A DNA stretch of 64,000 nt, from positions 61,571 to 125,570 of the IMG/VR virus record IMGVR_UViG_3300030419_005456; one strand, given 5' to 3'. This stretch comes from a virus. Under the pieces are notes generated by a model, which had not been told where the DNA came from, did no database searches, and worked only from the letters and a program-made list of their open reading frames with translations. A program made the position numbers and the translations under genes. This document shows positions 37,303 to 46,683 of this stretch, piece after piece (within the stretch, counting starts at the first letter, position 1; the number at the start of each line of letters is the position of its first letter).

Positions 37303-37920
37303 CTAATCTAGGTTATTAAAAAGCACACCGCCGTTTTTTTGCTTTATTTTTTCGTATCTCATTAGTTTTTTGATATACGTTTCGTCTTCGTCATCATTTG
37401 TGCTGGCGTATTCAATTTTTCCTGCCGGAGAAACGAATATAGCCCAGTATTTATCCTCAGAAATCATTTCCTTTATTAAGGTTACGCTTTCTCTGGTATC
37501 GTCATCTAGCTGCTCACCAATTAAGGCACTTTCAATATTTGTTCTGACATTTCTAAAATCAAAAAGTTGACCAACACCAATAAAAAATCGGTATCTACTA
37601 ATAATAATCAGCATTTCCACGCCATCTGATTTTTCTATCAGATCTTTTACAGATTGGGTGATGTCAAAATTCGTATGACCCATCCAGCAGTCAAACTGGT
37701 TAAGCACATTCATTTTGTCATGCATCTGGAATACGCCAGCCGGAGTAGTTACCAATTTGGGTATTCTGCTCATAAGATCCAGAGCTTCTTCTATTAGCTC
37801 TATGTCTTCGCCATCTTCGCTCGATGTTTCAATCACATCGTCAATCATGTCTTGTTCTAATAGGTCTGTGTCCCATTTTTCCCAAGCTATTTTTCTTTGT
37901 TTAGGGGGATCATTGAACAT
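37303..37920 (-). CDS. Hypothetical protein
   Basis: ORF in operon. Confidence 0.6.
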   Translation of the reverse strand: MFNDPPKQRKIAWEKWDTDLLEQDMIDDVIETSSEDGEDIELIEEALDLMSRIPKLVTTPAGVFQMHDKMNVLNQFDCWMGHTNFDITQSVKDLIEKSDGVEMLIIISRYRFFIGVGQLFDFRNVRTNIESALIGEQLDDDTRESVTLIKEMISEDKYWAIFVSPAGKIEYASTNDDEDETYIKKLMRYEKIKQKNGGVLFNNLD

Positions 37921-38350
37921 GAGGATGATTCCTTAATATATCACTAGGTTTTACAACTAAAGAGTCCTCTACGTTCCCCTGCCCTCCATCGCCAGTCATC
38001 ATCATATTGGCAAAAGTTGCAGTAAGTCTTTCTTTGTGGGCGTCTAACATGAATTTCATGATGTCCTCCAACTCTTCTAGACGACCCTCAGATTCTAAGC
38101 CATCTCGTACATAGTTAAGAGCATCGTCTAATGTTTCTCCAGAGCATACTTTGTCTAAAAGCTCTGCAAAATATAGGTGCGCAGAACTTTTTACTTCGGA
38201 ATTCCACGTACACTCGACCCAAGTATCTCCTTCTTTATCAACGGTATAAATTAATTCTGCAACAGCTTCTGGTTTTTCTTCTTCGGGAGTTTCTATTTGT
38301 TGTTCTTCAGGTTGAGTGTCTTGTTGTTTTTTCTTAAAGAAATTAAACAT
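37910..38350 (-). CDS. Hypothetical acidic protein
   Basis: ORF in operon. Confidence 0.6.
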   Translation of the reverse strand: MFNFFKKKQQDTQPEEQQIETPEEEKPEAVAELIYTVDKEGDTWVECTWNSEVKSSAHLYFAELLDKVCSGETLDDALNYVRDGLESEGRLEELEDIMKFMLDAHKERLTATFANMMMTGDGGQGNVEDSLVVKPSDILRNHPHVQ

Positions 38351-38606
38351 CTGACCCTTCTGGAAAGTATTCTCGAAGCACTTCTAGTCTGTCTGTAGCA
38401 TCTACTAAGACATCTAGAGCTTCGTCTAAATTTTTGTAATAATCTTCTGTTGAATGATCCCCTATTCCAACACCATTATCTAATAGCAGCGATAGAGAAC
38501 CAAGAGCTTTTTGTTTGTCTGACTCGGCTTTGTTACGAAGGTATGAAATCATGTGGTCTTTTTGCGGCATGCCCTTTTGTCCTATTAAAGATTCTGTAAT
38601 ATTCAT
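38343..38606 (-). CDS. Conserved hypothetical phage protein
   Basis: VGIGDHS motif recalled from T4-like marine phage small proteins. Confidence 0.6.
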   Translation of the reverse strand: MNITESLIGQKGMPQKDHMISYLRNKAESDKQKALGSLSLLLDNGVGIGDHSTEDYYKNLDEALDVLVDATDRLEVLREYFPEGSDV

Positions 38607-39443
38607 TTATTCCCTCTTGAAAGGTAATGGCGTTTCATTGTGACACCAGACAACATTCTGAAACGCAAATTCCATTGCGCTAAAATCAATCACTTCTCCG
38701 TTTATGTATCTGTTGTTTAAGTTTTCCTCTGTGTAGGGGAAGACCTGCCCCGCAATTAATGGCGGGTCTTGAACGCAGTTTGATGGTATGCTAAACAAAA
38801 CACTTTGTCTGCATGCTATCATTTTATCCCTGTGTGTATCCTCTCTTGATTTTCCTGCAAGCACGCCTTCCCACTGTCTTAAGTATGAGAATTTGTGTTT
38901 ATTGCTAAGATCTCTGAGTTCTTCTGTCCTGAAAATGTGACCATCTAAGGAAATTGGATACCCGTAATTTTGAGTGGAATCCCACTCCTTCCAGTTCCAT
39001 TTGACGAGATATGGATTAGTAACAAAATCCTCTAAAACATATCTCCTTTCGGGGTCTAAGTAATACTGCATGGTCGTATTTAGTCCCAGTCTTAGGGACA
39101 TGCAGAATACCTCGTCTTCAAATGCTGCTTCGGCTTGTTGCCAAGTTATAGGTATTTGTTTATAAAATATACAATCGTCTACAATTCCGCATATGTACTG
39201 ACTCTTGCAAGAATTCAACGCTTCTAAAAAGTCAGAAACAAAATCTTTTTCTTCCTGCCACACAACGTTGTGTAAAATTTCTTCTGACTGAAGTTTTCTG
39301 TACCCCTCTCTGTACAATTCGTTGGAGCCTACGTGTATTACACGTATCTCGTTAAAAAAACCGTTTGCGTATTTTTTTATGCTTTCCAGTAAAAGTCTTA
39401 ACTGGCAAGCTCTGTCCTTAGATAAAACCAGTGCGTTTATCAT
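38607..39443 (-). CDS. GT-A-like putative glycosyltransferase
   Basis: VLSKDRACQL, GIVDDCIF, SLRLG, YPISLDGHIF. Confidence 0.65.
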   Translation of the reverse strand: MINALVLSKDRACQLRLLLESIKKYANGFFNEIRVIHVGSNELYREGYRKLQSEEILHNVVWQEEKDFVSDFLEALNSCKSQYICGIVDDCIFYKQIPITWQQAEAAFEDEVFCMSLRLGLNTTMQYYLDPERRYVLEDFVTNPYLVKWNWKEWDSTQNYGYPISLDGHIFRTEELRDLSNKHKFSYLRQWEGVLAGKSREDTHRDKMIACRQSVLFSIPSNCVQDPPLIAGQVFPYTEENLNNRYINGEVIDFSAMEFAFQNVVWCHNETPLPFKRE

Positions 39444-39469
39444 TTTTGTCTTCTAATTAAAAGTCCTGT

Positions 39470-39964
39470 TCATTCTGGTGATTTTGAAAGTGTTTCATGA
39501 CCCCAAGGACACCTCATGACATAAAAGGTTTTAGCAAGTTTTATTTCAACTTCGCCTGTCCATATAGTATCTAAATCATCATACGGGCATTTGTATTTAG
39601 ATGCCTCTGTCTTATCTGAATGTTTTCTATACCAGTCATTAAACTCTTTCATGTTCCTTCCCGGCATCCAAAGCGTTTTTCCGTCTCCGGTCTTATGTGG
39701 ATGAACGCCTTTAAGACCTATCTTCTTAGCCATTTTTATGGCTTCTTCTTTTGACTCAAAGACATACTCGTTCATTGGGCCAGCATCGTGACCAGCGTAA
39801 GAGTCCTCTACTTTGTTTAATATATGTTCAGCGTGACCGGTTGTTTTACCGTTACAAAACGCATACCGCTGATCTATATCTGGAAAACTTTTTTTGGACT
39901 TTTCGCTAGACATGCATCTCTTGATGAAATCTTTTCTCTTTTCATTCTTGCGTGGAGAAGGCAT
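39470..39964 (-). CDS. Hypothetical phage protein
   Basis: Start MPSPRKNE at 39964 after GGAG. Confidence 0.6.
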   Translation of the reverse strand: MPSPRKNEKRKDFIKRCMSSEKSKKSFPDIDQRYAFCNGKTTGHAEHILNKVEDSYAGHDAGPMNEYVFESKEEAIKMAKKIGLKGVHPHKTGDGKTLWMPGRNMKEFNDWYRKHSDKTEASKYKCPYDDLDTIWTGEVEIKLAKTFYVMRCPWGHETLSKSPE

Positions 39965-39975
39965 GTTAAGACTCC

Positions 39976-41085
39976 TTAGTCTGAAACAGCCTTTACTATC
40001 GCTTTTGCAGAGTTCTGCCAACTGAACTTTTTAGATGTGTCTATTCCAGCTTGGTTGACATTTAGGCTGTCTGATTTCTTTAATTCATGAATTGCTCTCA
40101 TGTGTTCTACTAACTGGTCAATTTGCGGTTCCCCAATATGCGCCCATTGGCCCTGACCGTGAAACCACTTACCGTCCTTAGCGTCTTCTAAGTCGGTTAT
40201 TTCTACAAGTTTACAATTTTCTTCATTACAAAATTCTGTATGACCAGCGTAATCTGTGGCGATTACGTGTTTGCCACAACTCATCATTTCTAGCAGTTCA
40301 AGGTTCCACCCTTCTGCTCTAGCTGGAAAAACTCCACAATCTGCTTGTGACATAATATTATACACTTCTTTTTGCGATTCTTGACGTGGAATAGAGCGTA
40401 TTTTATCACCTAAACCAGACCCCTTATACAGCCTTTCCCACTGAAAATTCTCTTCATCTGTATAGAATGGATTATCGCACATCATCCACAATTCTACGTT
40501 ATCATCAGGCGTAAAAGCCTTATTAAAAGCTTCTACTAATACATCGTGGCCCTTGCGAACCTCCCATTTTCCACAGTTAAAAAACACCGTATTTGGCCTA
40601 TCTGAGAATTTTTCTCTAAAAATAGACCTGTCAACACCTAAAGGTATTACGTGAATTTTGTCGTCTAGGTCTTTTAATCCATATCTTTCTTCCAAAGCGC
40701 CCTTCAGAACGTCTTTAGCCCACTGAGAGCATACGAATAATTCGTCTGGATTAGAAAGTTGGTGCAGTTCCTGTTCTGTGAATTTATTTAGTTCAAAAAT
40801 AGGAAAGCCGATTTTCTTGCCTTTACCTACAAATTCTGCCATGTCATGCTGATGCCAGATGCGGATACAGGGAGCGTTAAAGTCAGGCATCCTAGAATTT
40901 TCAAATAAACCCTTTATTAATTCATTCTGCTCCGGCTGTGTTTGTATTGGCCCCATACCATATAACGCCACAGTATGACCTAGCTTGGATAGAGCGTTAA
41001 TTATATTGTAGCCTGCAACACCATAGCCTAGAGAGTTAAGCGGTGTGATGACGTTGAAGTTTTGGGTGGAATCTAAAAAGGACAT
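39976..41085 (-). CDS. Family 4 glycosyltransferase
   Basis: GKWEVRKG, FPARAEGWNLELLEMMSCG. Confidence 0.9.
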   Translation of the reverse strand: MSFLDSTQNFNVITPLNSLGYGVAGYNIINALSKLGHTVALYGMGPIQTQPEQNELIKGLFENSRMPDFNAPCIRIWHQHDMAEFVGKGKKIGFPIFELNKFTEQELHQLSNPDELFVCSQWAKDVLKGALEERYGLKDLDDKIHVIPLGVDRSIFREKFSDRPNTVFFNCGKWEVRKGHDVLVEAFNKAFTPDDNVELWMMCDNPFYTDEENFQWERLYKGSGLGDKIRSIPRQESQKEVYNIMSQADCGVFPARAEGWNLELLEMMSCGKHVIATDYAGHTEFCNEENCKLVEITDLEDAKDGKWFHGQGQWAHIGEPQIDQLVEHMRAIHELKKSDSLNVNQAGIDTSKKFSWQNSAKAIVKAVSD

Positions 41086-41096
41086 TTATTTCTCCG

Positions 41097-42056
41097 TTAC
41101 AAAAGTTTCCTAGCTTCTTCTATTTGATTGGCCCAGTAAGATAATCTCGCCTTATCTAAGCTATAAGTTTTGTCTGTAATAATTTCTGCGTATTTCTCTT
41201 TCAGAAATGACTGACTGAGTTCGTTCCAGTCGTCAATAACCAATATTGGCAACCCTTCCATATAATTGGTTACTGGAGAGCGTTTTACAATCGGTATACA
41301 TCCTAAGTATAACGCTTCTAGTATCCTATAGCAATCTGTTCCGTTACCTTCTGGACAAACGACCATTATATGCTTAGAAAGTTCGTCTAGATAATCTCTA
41401 TAACTTTTTGGTTCCAAGACAATGGTGGCCCAAGGCGGATCAAAATCAAGAAAAGCCTGTTTAATCAATCCTCTTTCCAGAGTATGGTCTTGCCAATTCA
41501 CATAGGCAATATTGATTTTGTCATCAACATCATATGCTTTTGTTTCAAAAATATCACGGGGCGCATCCTTGCCTACGCCTAGTGGTATTCCTTGTATTCT
41601 ATCATCTTCGATAAGAGGATTTACTGTGAACCATTTAACAACATTGTCTGGTATCTTGTTAAAAGTGGAGTAAGTGTGTGCATAGCATCTTACCGAATAT
41701 TTATCTTCTATGTTGCATTTTTCTCTGTCGCACCTGCTCGGTATTAGGAGATCCTCATATCCTATCATTGGTATTTGGTCTTTGAGCATTGCAAGCCATG
41801 TTATCATGTCCATTGCAACAGGATGTTCTTCTTGGTATGCAACCCCGTAATCGCTAAATCCGCTAATTACAATGTACCTGTTGTCAGTTCTTTCGCATTT
41901 TTTGAAGAACTTGTGTATGTGTTCTATGTTGCAGTATACTACCCCAGAGTCGGGTATTGAATCGTCGTCGTGGTCAATCTCGTAGTTGCAGTCCCCCAAG
42001 TCCATCCAAGACTTGACGTGTATCATGTATTCTGGTTTTATCTTTATCAAGACCAA
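41097..42056 (-). CDS. Exostosin (GT47)-like glycosyltransferase
   Basis: CPEGNGTDCYRILEALYLGCIPIV. Confidence 0.7.
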   Translation of the reverse strand: MVLIKIKPEYMIHVKSWMDLGDCNYEIDHDDDSIPDSGVVYCNIEHIHKFFKKCERTDNRYIVISGFSDYGVAYQEEHPVAMDMITWLAMLKDQIPMIGYEDLLIPSRCDREKCNIEDKYSVRCYAHTYSTFNKIPDNVVKWFTVNPLIEDDRIQGIPLGVGKDAPRDIFETKAYDVDDKINIAYVNWQDHTLERGLIKQAFLDFDPPWATIVLEPKSYRDYLDELSKHIMVVCPEGNGTDCYRILEALYLGCIPIVKRSPVTNYMEGLPILVIDDWNELSQSFLKEKYAEIITDKTYSLDKARLSYWANQIEEARKLL

Positions 42057-42841
42057 TGCCTTTCCTCGAACAGGCTGTGTTTTAGAACTCTACTCAAAAC
42101 GCCCTCAAACTCGTTTAATCTAAGCGTGTTTGGCCCATCACTTAGGGCGTTGTCTGGGTCGGGGTGTACCTCAAAGAACAGACCATCTGCTCCTATCGCC
42201 GTAGCCGCCTTTGCCAAAGGTTCTACAAACTCCCGGTTTCCTCCTGTGGAAGTTCCAAGACCTCCCGGTTTTTGAACGCTATGTGTTGCGTCAAATATGA
42301 CTGGACAACCAAAGGATTGCATAATTGGTATCGAGGTCATGTCGTTCACCAATCTACCATAACCAAAAAAAGTACCCCTTTCAGTTAAATAGATTTTACT
42401 GGAATCACATCCACCAGCTTTTAATTTGTTGACAACGTTTTTCATTTCCTCTGGGGATAGAAACTGTCCCTTTTTTACATTAACGATCTTGCCGGTTTTA
42501 GCAGCAGCTACAAGAAGGTCTGTTTGTCTACACAGAAAGGCTGGGATTTGGATTATGTCTACAAATTGAGCTACGCTGCTGGCTTGCCAAGGTTCGTGTA
42601 TATCAGTCGTTGTCTTTAAGCCTATTTGTTTGACAGAATTAAAGATCTTTTTAACTAAATATATACCATCGTTCAGACCGAGACTTCTGTAAGAATCAAT
42701 ACTGGAACGGTTAGCTTTATCAAAAGAGGCTTTAAATATAATCTCTAAGCCTAAATTGTCACTTATTTCACGGAGTTTTTCCGCTATCAATAGAGTGGTT
42801 TCTTCTGATTCTATTGAGCATGGGCCAGCAATTACTATCAT
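42047..42841 (-). CDS. kdsA: KDO 8-phosphate synthase
   Basis: AGPCSIE, KASFDKANRSS, QIPAFLCRQTD, KKGQF, DATHSVQ, EVHPDP..ALSDG. Confidence 0.96.
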   Translation of the reverse strand: MIVIAGPCSIESEETTLLIAEKLREISDNLGLEIIFKASFDKANRSSIDSYRSLGLNDGIYLVKKIFNSVKQIGLKTTTDIHEPWQASSVAQFVDIIQIPAFLCRQTDLLVAAAKTGKIVNVKKGQFLSPEEMKNVVNKLKAGGCDSSKIYLTERGTFFGYGRLVNDMTSIPIMQSFGCPVIFDATHSVQKPGGLGTSTGGNREFVEPLAKAATAIGADGLFFEVHPDPDNALSDGPNTLRLNEFEGVLSRVLKHSLFEERHWS

Positions 42842-42864
42842 AAAAATCTCCTATCTGATGATAT

Positions 42865-42893
42865 ATTATACGCTTATGTTTGCAAAATTACAA
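42865..42893 (-). promoter_or_regulatory. Sigma70-type promoter for kdsA operon
   Basis: TTGTAA-17-TATAAT; tandem TTGACC-17-TGTAAT just upstream. Confidence 0.6.
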
Positions 42894-42972
42894 AACGTAT
42901 AATTCACTCGGTCAAGGGGGATTTACGATAATCTGGACTGTTCAGCAAAAACAAGAAATCAATACAGGATAT

Positions 42973-44646
42973 TTATATTGATATTTTGAAGAGCTTGCGC
43001 CATATCTCAAATGATATAGGCGCAATGAAAGACTGTAATTCTCTATAAGAAGAAGCAGATAGAAATTGTTTATGTTTATCCTTGGGTAGTATTTCTCCTG
43101 CCCAAGCCTTGAACTCAGGATTGAAAAGAAAGCTCTTGGGAATTGACCATCCTGTTTTGTGCTTATCCAAAACAAAGTCTGGCATTATGCCCCTATAACT
43201 TTCCCTTAGTATGACTTTTGTTTGGTTGCTTCTTATTTTGTACATTGAAGGTATGCTATAAGCAAAGTCTCTGATCTTATTTGTTGTTAGAGGAAATCTA
43301 GCCTCCATTGAAAAGTTCATCCCAAGATTGTCGTTTCTTATCAGGAAGTTTTCTGCAACGCGACATATAAACTCTTTGTACATAACGTTATTAAGGTAGT
43401 CTTTAGATAAACAGTCCACTGGAAACCAATTAGTTTCTAACCACTTCTCTATGAACTCTTTTTGTAGGTTTGCTTTTTCTTGTAACGATTTATTATGTAT
43501 TGCTAGATGTTTTTTGTATCCAGTAAATAGCTCATCGCCGCCGTCACCAGACAAAGTTACTACAACACCATTCTCTGATACAGTTTTATTTAGAGCATAG
43601 TACGCAGGTGTGCTTTTGTTTGAGAAGGGTTCCTCTAAAGCCCATACAGCATCCTCAAAGCATTTAATGTAATCCTGCTCAGTAACTAACAGTTCTGTAT
43701 GGTCAGTTCCGTAATGTTTGCTAAGTTTGTAGGCGACATCGGCATCGCTGTTACAATCGGTTTCTTTCTCTACCTTCCATCTGGTTGTGAAAGTTTTAGG
43801 TTTATTTCTATACTGTACGAGTTCGTGTAATATGGTTGAAGAGTCTAATCCCCCACTAAGATAAAGCCCTATTGGTCTTCTTCCCATTAGGCATGATCTT
43901 ACAGATTCGGAAATAACTTTCCTGCAAGTGCTGTGAAGTCTCGGATAAAGGTCTACTTTTATTATCGGAGATGTATCAAACAGTTCGGCTTTTTTGTGTA
44001 CATGCTCATCTGATTCTTTACTTAGATTGTGAAGCCTGTATTTAATTATCTGGCCGGGATATAGTTTAGATATATTGTGGTAAACGGTTGTTGTGCCACT
44101 TATAGAACCTCTTTCAATTCGTTCTTGTATATCTTCTTTTGTTATTTGAAGGGAAATACCATAAGCCATTAAAGACTTAATGCTAGAAGAAAAAACTAGA
44201 GTTTCATTTTCTCTATAAACAAATAGGGGTTTTGCGCCAGCCGCATCTCTAGCGAAAACTAGAGTTTGGTCTAGCTTGTCATACCAAGCTATCGCATACA
44301 TACCATCTAGCTTATGTATAAAATCTTTGCCATGCCTTCTTAACCCCTTAGCTAAAACCTCGGTGTCAGACTCAGTAGCAAAGCTCTCGCCCGCCTTTTC
44401 AAGATTAGATTTTAACTCAAGGTAGTTATAGATTTCCCCATTAAAAGACAAGACCCACCTATCATCTAGCACCCAAGGCTGTTTAGATGATGATGGGTCT
44501 TCGGTTATAGCTAATAGGTTGTGTCCTAGAGTAATAGACTTATCAGAATAAATGCCATTACCATCCGGCCCTCTATACTTAGAGGCTTCAAGCATGCGAT
44601 CCATTCTAGCTTTGTCTAAATGATTAAAGCCGTATATTCCACACAT
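42973..44646 (-). CDS. asnB: Asparagine synthase (glutamine-hydrolysing)-family amidotransferase
   Basis: MCGI, RGPD, NGEIYN, SDTEV, LSGGLDSS, SGDGGDELF. Confidence 0.93.
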   Translation of the reverse strand: MCGIYGFNHLDKARMDRMLEASKYRGPDGNGIYSDKSITLGHNLLAITEDPSSSKQPWVLDDRWVLSFNGEIYNYLELKSNLEKAGESFATESDTEVLAKGLRRHGKDFIHKLDGMYAIAWYDKLDQTLVFARDAAGAKPLFVYRENETLVFSSSIKSLMAYGISLQITKEDIQERIERGSISGTTTVYHNISKLYPGQIIKYRLHNLSKESDEHVHKKAELFDTSPIIKVDLYPRLHSTCRKVISESVRSCLMGRRPIGLYLSGGLDSSTILHELVQYRNKPKTFTTRWKVEKETDCNSDADVAYKLSKHYGTDHTELLVTEQDYIKCFEDAVWALEEPFSNKSTPAYYALNKTVSENGVVVTLSGDGGDELFTGYKKHLAIHNKSLQEKANLQKEFIEKWLETNWFPVDCLSKDYLNNVMYKEFICRVAENFLIRNDNLGMNFSMEARFPLTTNKIRDFAYSIPSMYKIRSNQTKVILRESYRGIMPDFVLDKHKTGWSIPKSFLFNPEFKAWAGEILPKDKHKQFLSASSYRELQSFIAPISFEIWRKLFKISI

Positions 44647-44665
44647 ATGCTATTTGTCGATTGTG

Positions 44666-44830
44666 TTAAACTTTGCATCCATCGCAGTCGCAATTAGCAT
44701 CACAGGAACATACGTCCCCACAAGCACAAACTTCAGCACAGTCGCAGTTGGAATTGTTAGAATTGCATCCAATCAAAAATGCTGTGGTAAACATTAAAAA
44801 AACTGATAGTATTAAAGAGATTGTTTTCAT
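44666..44830 (-). CDS. Cys-rich metallothionein-like lipoprotein (54 aa, not in ORF track)
   Basis: MKTISLILSVFLMFTTAFLIG-CNSNNSNCDCAEVCACGDVCSCDANCDCDGCKV; lipobox; AAGG upstream. Confidence 0.75.
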   Translation of the reverse strand: MKTISLILSVFLMFTTAFLIGCNSNNSNCDCAEVCACGDVCSCDANCDCDGCKV

Positions 44831-44851
44831 CGTATTGCCTTTCTTTAGCGT

Positions 44852-46105
44852 TTATAAAATTGATTTAGTGCCAACATCCAAGAAATATCTTGGTCGCCCA
44901 TTCATGTCAACCTTTTGGGTGTGTTGGTCAATACCAAAATGCTTAAACAGTGTTGCTGTAACATTTTGTGGTGTAATAGGATCAGTTTTTGGTTCTTCAG
45001 CTTTAGACGTAGATTGACCAATAACCCTACCCATTTCAAAATCACCACCGGCAAACATCAATGGGGATAGTCTAGGCCAGTGATCTCGCCCAGCATTTCC
45101 ATTAATCTTGTAGGTACGACCAAACTCACCAGTAACAACAAGCAGAACATTTTTGTCTATGCCCTTATTGTGGATGTCATTTATAAAAGCCTTCAAAGCT
45201 CTATCAATCGGAGGCACTCTACTCTTCAATGCTTTGGATATGTTACTGTGCATATCCCATCCACCATACTGTACTGTAACAAACTTGGTTCCATTTTGTA
45301 CGAGCCTACGGGCTAGTAGCATTTGCTCTCCAATTCCGCTACCGTATTCTTCTAGTAGTCTTGGGTCTTCTTTTTTAACGTCAAAGGCGTTGGCTATATT
45401 TCCAAGTATCATGCTATAGGACTGTTTTCGTAAATCTGCCCAAGCATCTGCCCCTTTATCAACACCGGCTTTAAGGGTGTCAAGATCGTTGAGTAAACCT
45501 TGGCGATTGAGAAGGCCATCTTTTTCTATTTTAAGTTTAAGGTTTTTAACGCCTTCGCCTGTAGCGTCGTATGGGTCGAACGAAGTTCCCAACCATGCTC
45601 CACCATCATAAGTTATGTTGTTTACTCTAACATAAGATGGCATACCCGTAAGGGGGTGGTTAGAACCGTAAGAGCTAGAAACCATAGCGCCATAAGACGG
45701 ATTGTAGGCTGGTGATTGTGGTGTATTATCTGTGCTGTTATAACCAGTCATTACCCAGTGTGTTCCAGTCCTGTGACTAGAGTTACCGTGAGCAAAAGAG
45801 CGAACGACTGTCATTTTATCGCCCACGCCAGCAAGACCCGTCCAGTCACCACCAATTAGATAGTCACCTTTAGTCATTACCGAACCATTGACTGCTCTTA
45901 CTTCAGCAGGTGCGTCCTGCTTTGGGTCAAATGTTTCTACTTGTGTTGCTCCACCCCCAAGCCACACCCAAACCACAGATTTATCATTGGGTAGTAAGCA
46001 ACTGTTCTCGGCGGCGTGAATGTCTGACAATCCCATAGAAGCGAATCCAGCACCAACGCTTCCAATTTGCATAAAGTCTCGTCTATTGAATTTGATATTT
46101 ATCAT
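44852..46105 (-). CDS. DUF1501 protein with Tat signal
   Basis: NRRDFM, WLGGGATQVETFDPK, LLARRLV..G, WDMH, GEFGRT, GRDHW. Confidence 0.9.
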   Translation of the reverse strand: MINIKFNRRDFMQIGSVGAGFASMGLSDIHAAENSCLLPNDKSVVWVWLGGGATQVETFDPKQDAPAEVRAVNGSVMTKGDYLIGGDWTGLAGVGDKMTVVRSFAHGNSSHRTGTHWVMTGYNSTDNTPQSPAYNPSYGAMVSSSYGSNHPLTGMPSYVRVNNITYDGGAWLGTSFDPYDATGEGVKNLKLKIEKDGLLNRQGLLNDLDTLKAGVDKGADAWADLRKQSYSMILGNIANAFDVKKEDPRLLEEYGSGIGEQMLLARRLVQNGTKFVTVQYGGWDMHSNISKALKSRVPPIDRALKAFINDIHNKGIDKNVLLVVTGEFGRTYKINGNAGRDHWPRLSPLMFAGGDFEMGRVIGQSTSKAEEPKTDPITPQNVTATLFKHFGIDQHTQKVDMNGRPRYFLDVGTKSIL

Positions 46106-46650
46106 TTTCCGTACACCTTATTAAAGTCAAAGAATCTCCAGCGGTTTAAGTGTTTGACATCTTCATCTTCGTTGATGTGATGTAAGTATTCAAGCACTTC
46201 GCTCCACGTTGAAAAAACCATCTGATGTGGGACAACACCAAACATCCAGTTGGGAAGATTCTTTTTCCCTTGCTTGCATCTTACAATCACAGGTTTCTTC
46301 TGGGTTACAGCAAGAAAAGCCTCATGGTAAGAACCGCATAAATGATTGTCCACATCTAGGTTCATAATAATAAAATGCGCTATGTCTACCATGCGTAAAT
46401 CAACAGCACAAATTGGTTTCATAACACTAGAAACTTCGTCGTACTTTTCTTGTTTCTTGTACTTCTCAACTAAGTTTCTAGTCTCTTCGTTTTCTGGCGC
46501 AAAATTACTAGGCTTAGAACATGGGTCAAAAACACCAATTCCAATGTCTTGTAACTTGGGAGTTAAGATACTTCTCCATAATTTACCCCCACCTTTAACC
46601 CTGTCCATCGGCCCACATAGATAGCAAGTTGTTCCTTTAAGCCTATTCAT
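46102..46650 (-). CDS. Nucleoside 2-deoxyribosyltransferase-like protein
   Basis: YLCGPMD, WR, FDP, DLRMVD, GSYHE. Confidence 0.75.
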   Translation of the reverse strand: MNRLKGTTCYLCGPMDRVKGGGKLWRSILTPKLQDIGIGVFDPCSKPSNFAPENEETRNLVEKYKKQEKYDEVSSVMKPICAVDLRMVDIAHFIIMNLDVDNHLCGSYHEAFLAVTQKKPVIVRCKQGKKNLPNWMFGVVPHQMVFSTWSEVLEYLHHINEDEDVKHLNRWRFFDFNKVYGK

Positions 46651-46663
46651 ATTACACCTTTAT

Positions 46664-46673
46664 TATTATACAC
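46664..46673 (-). promoter_or_regulatory. GTGTATAATA phage promoter motif (copy 3)
   Basis: Identical 10-mer in intergenic gap. Confidence 0.6.
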
Positions 46674-46683
46674 TAAATTGCGA

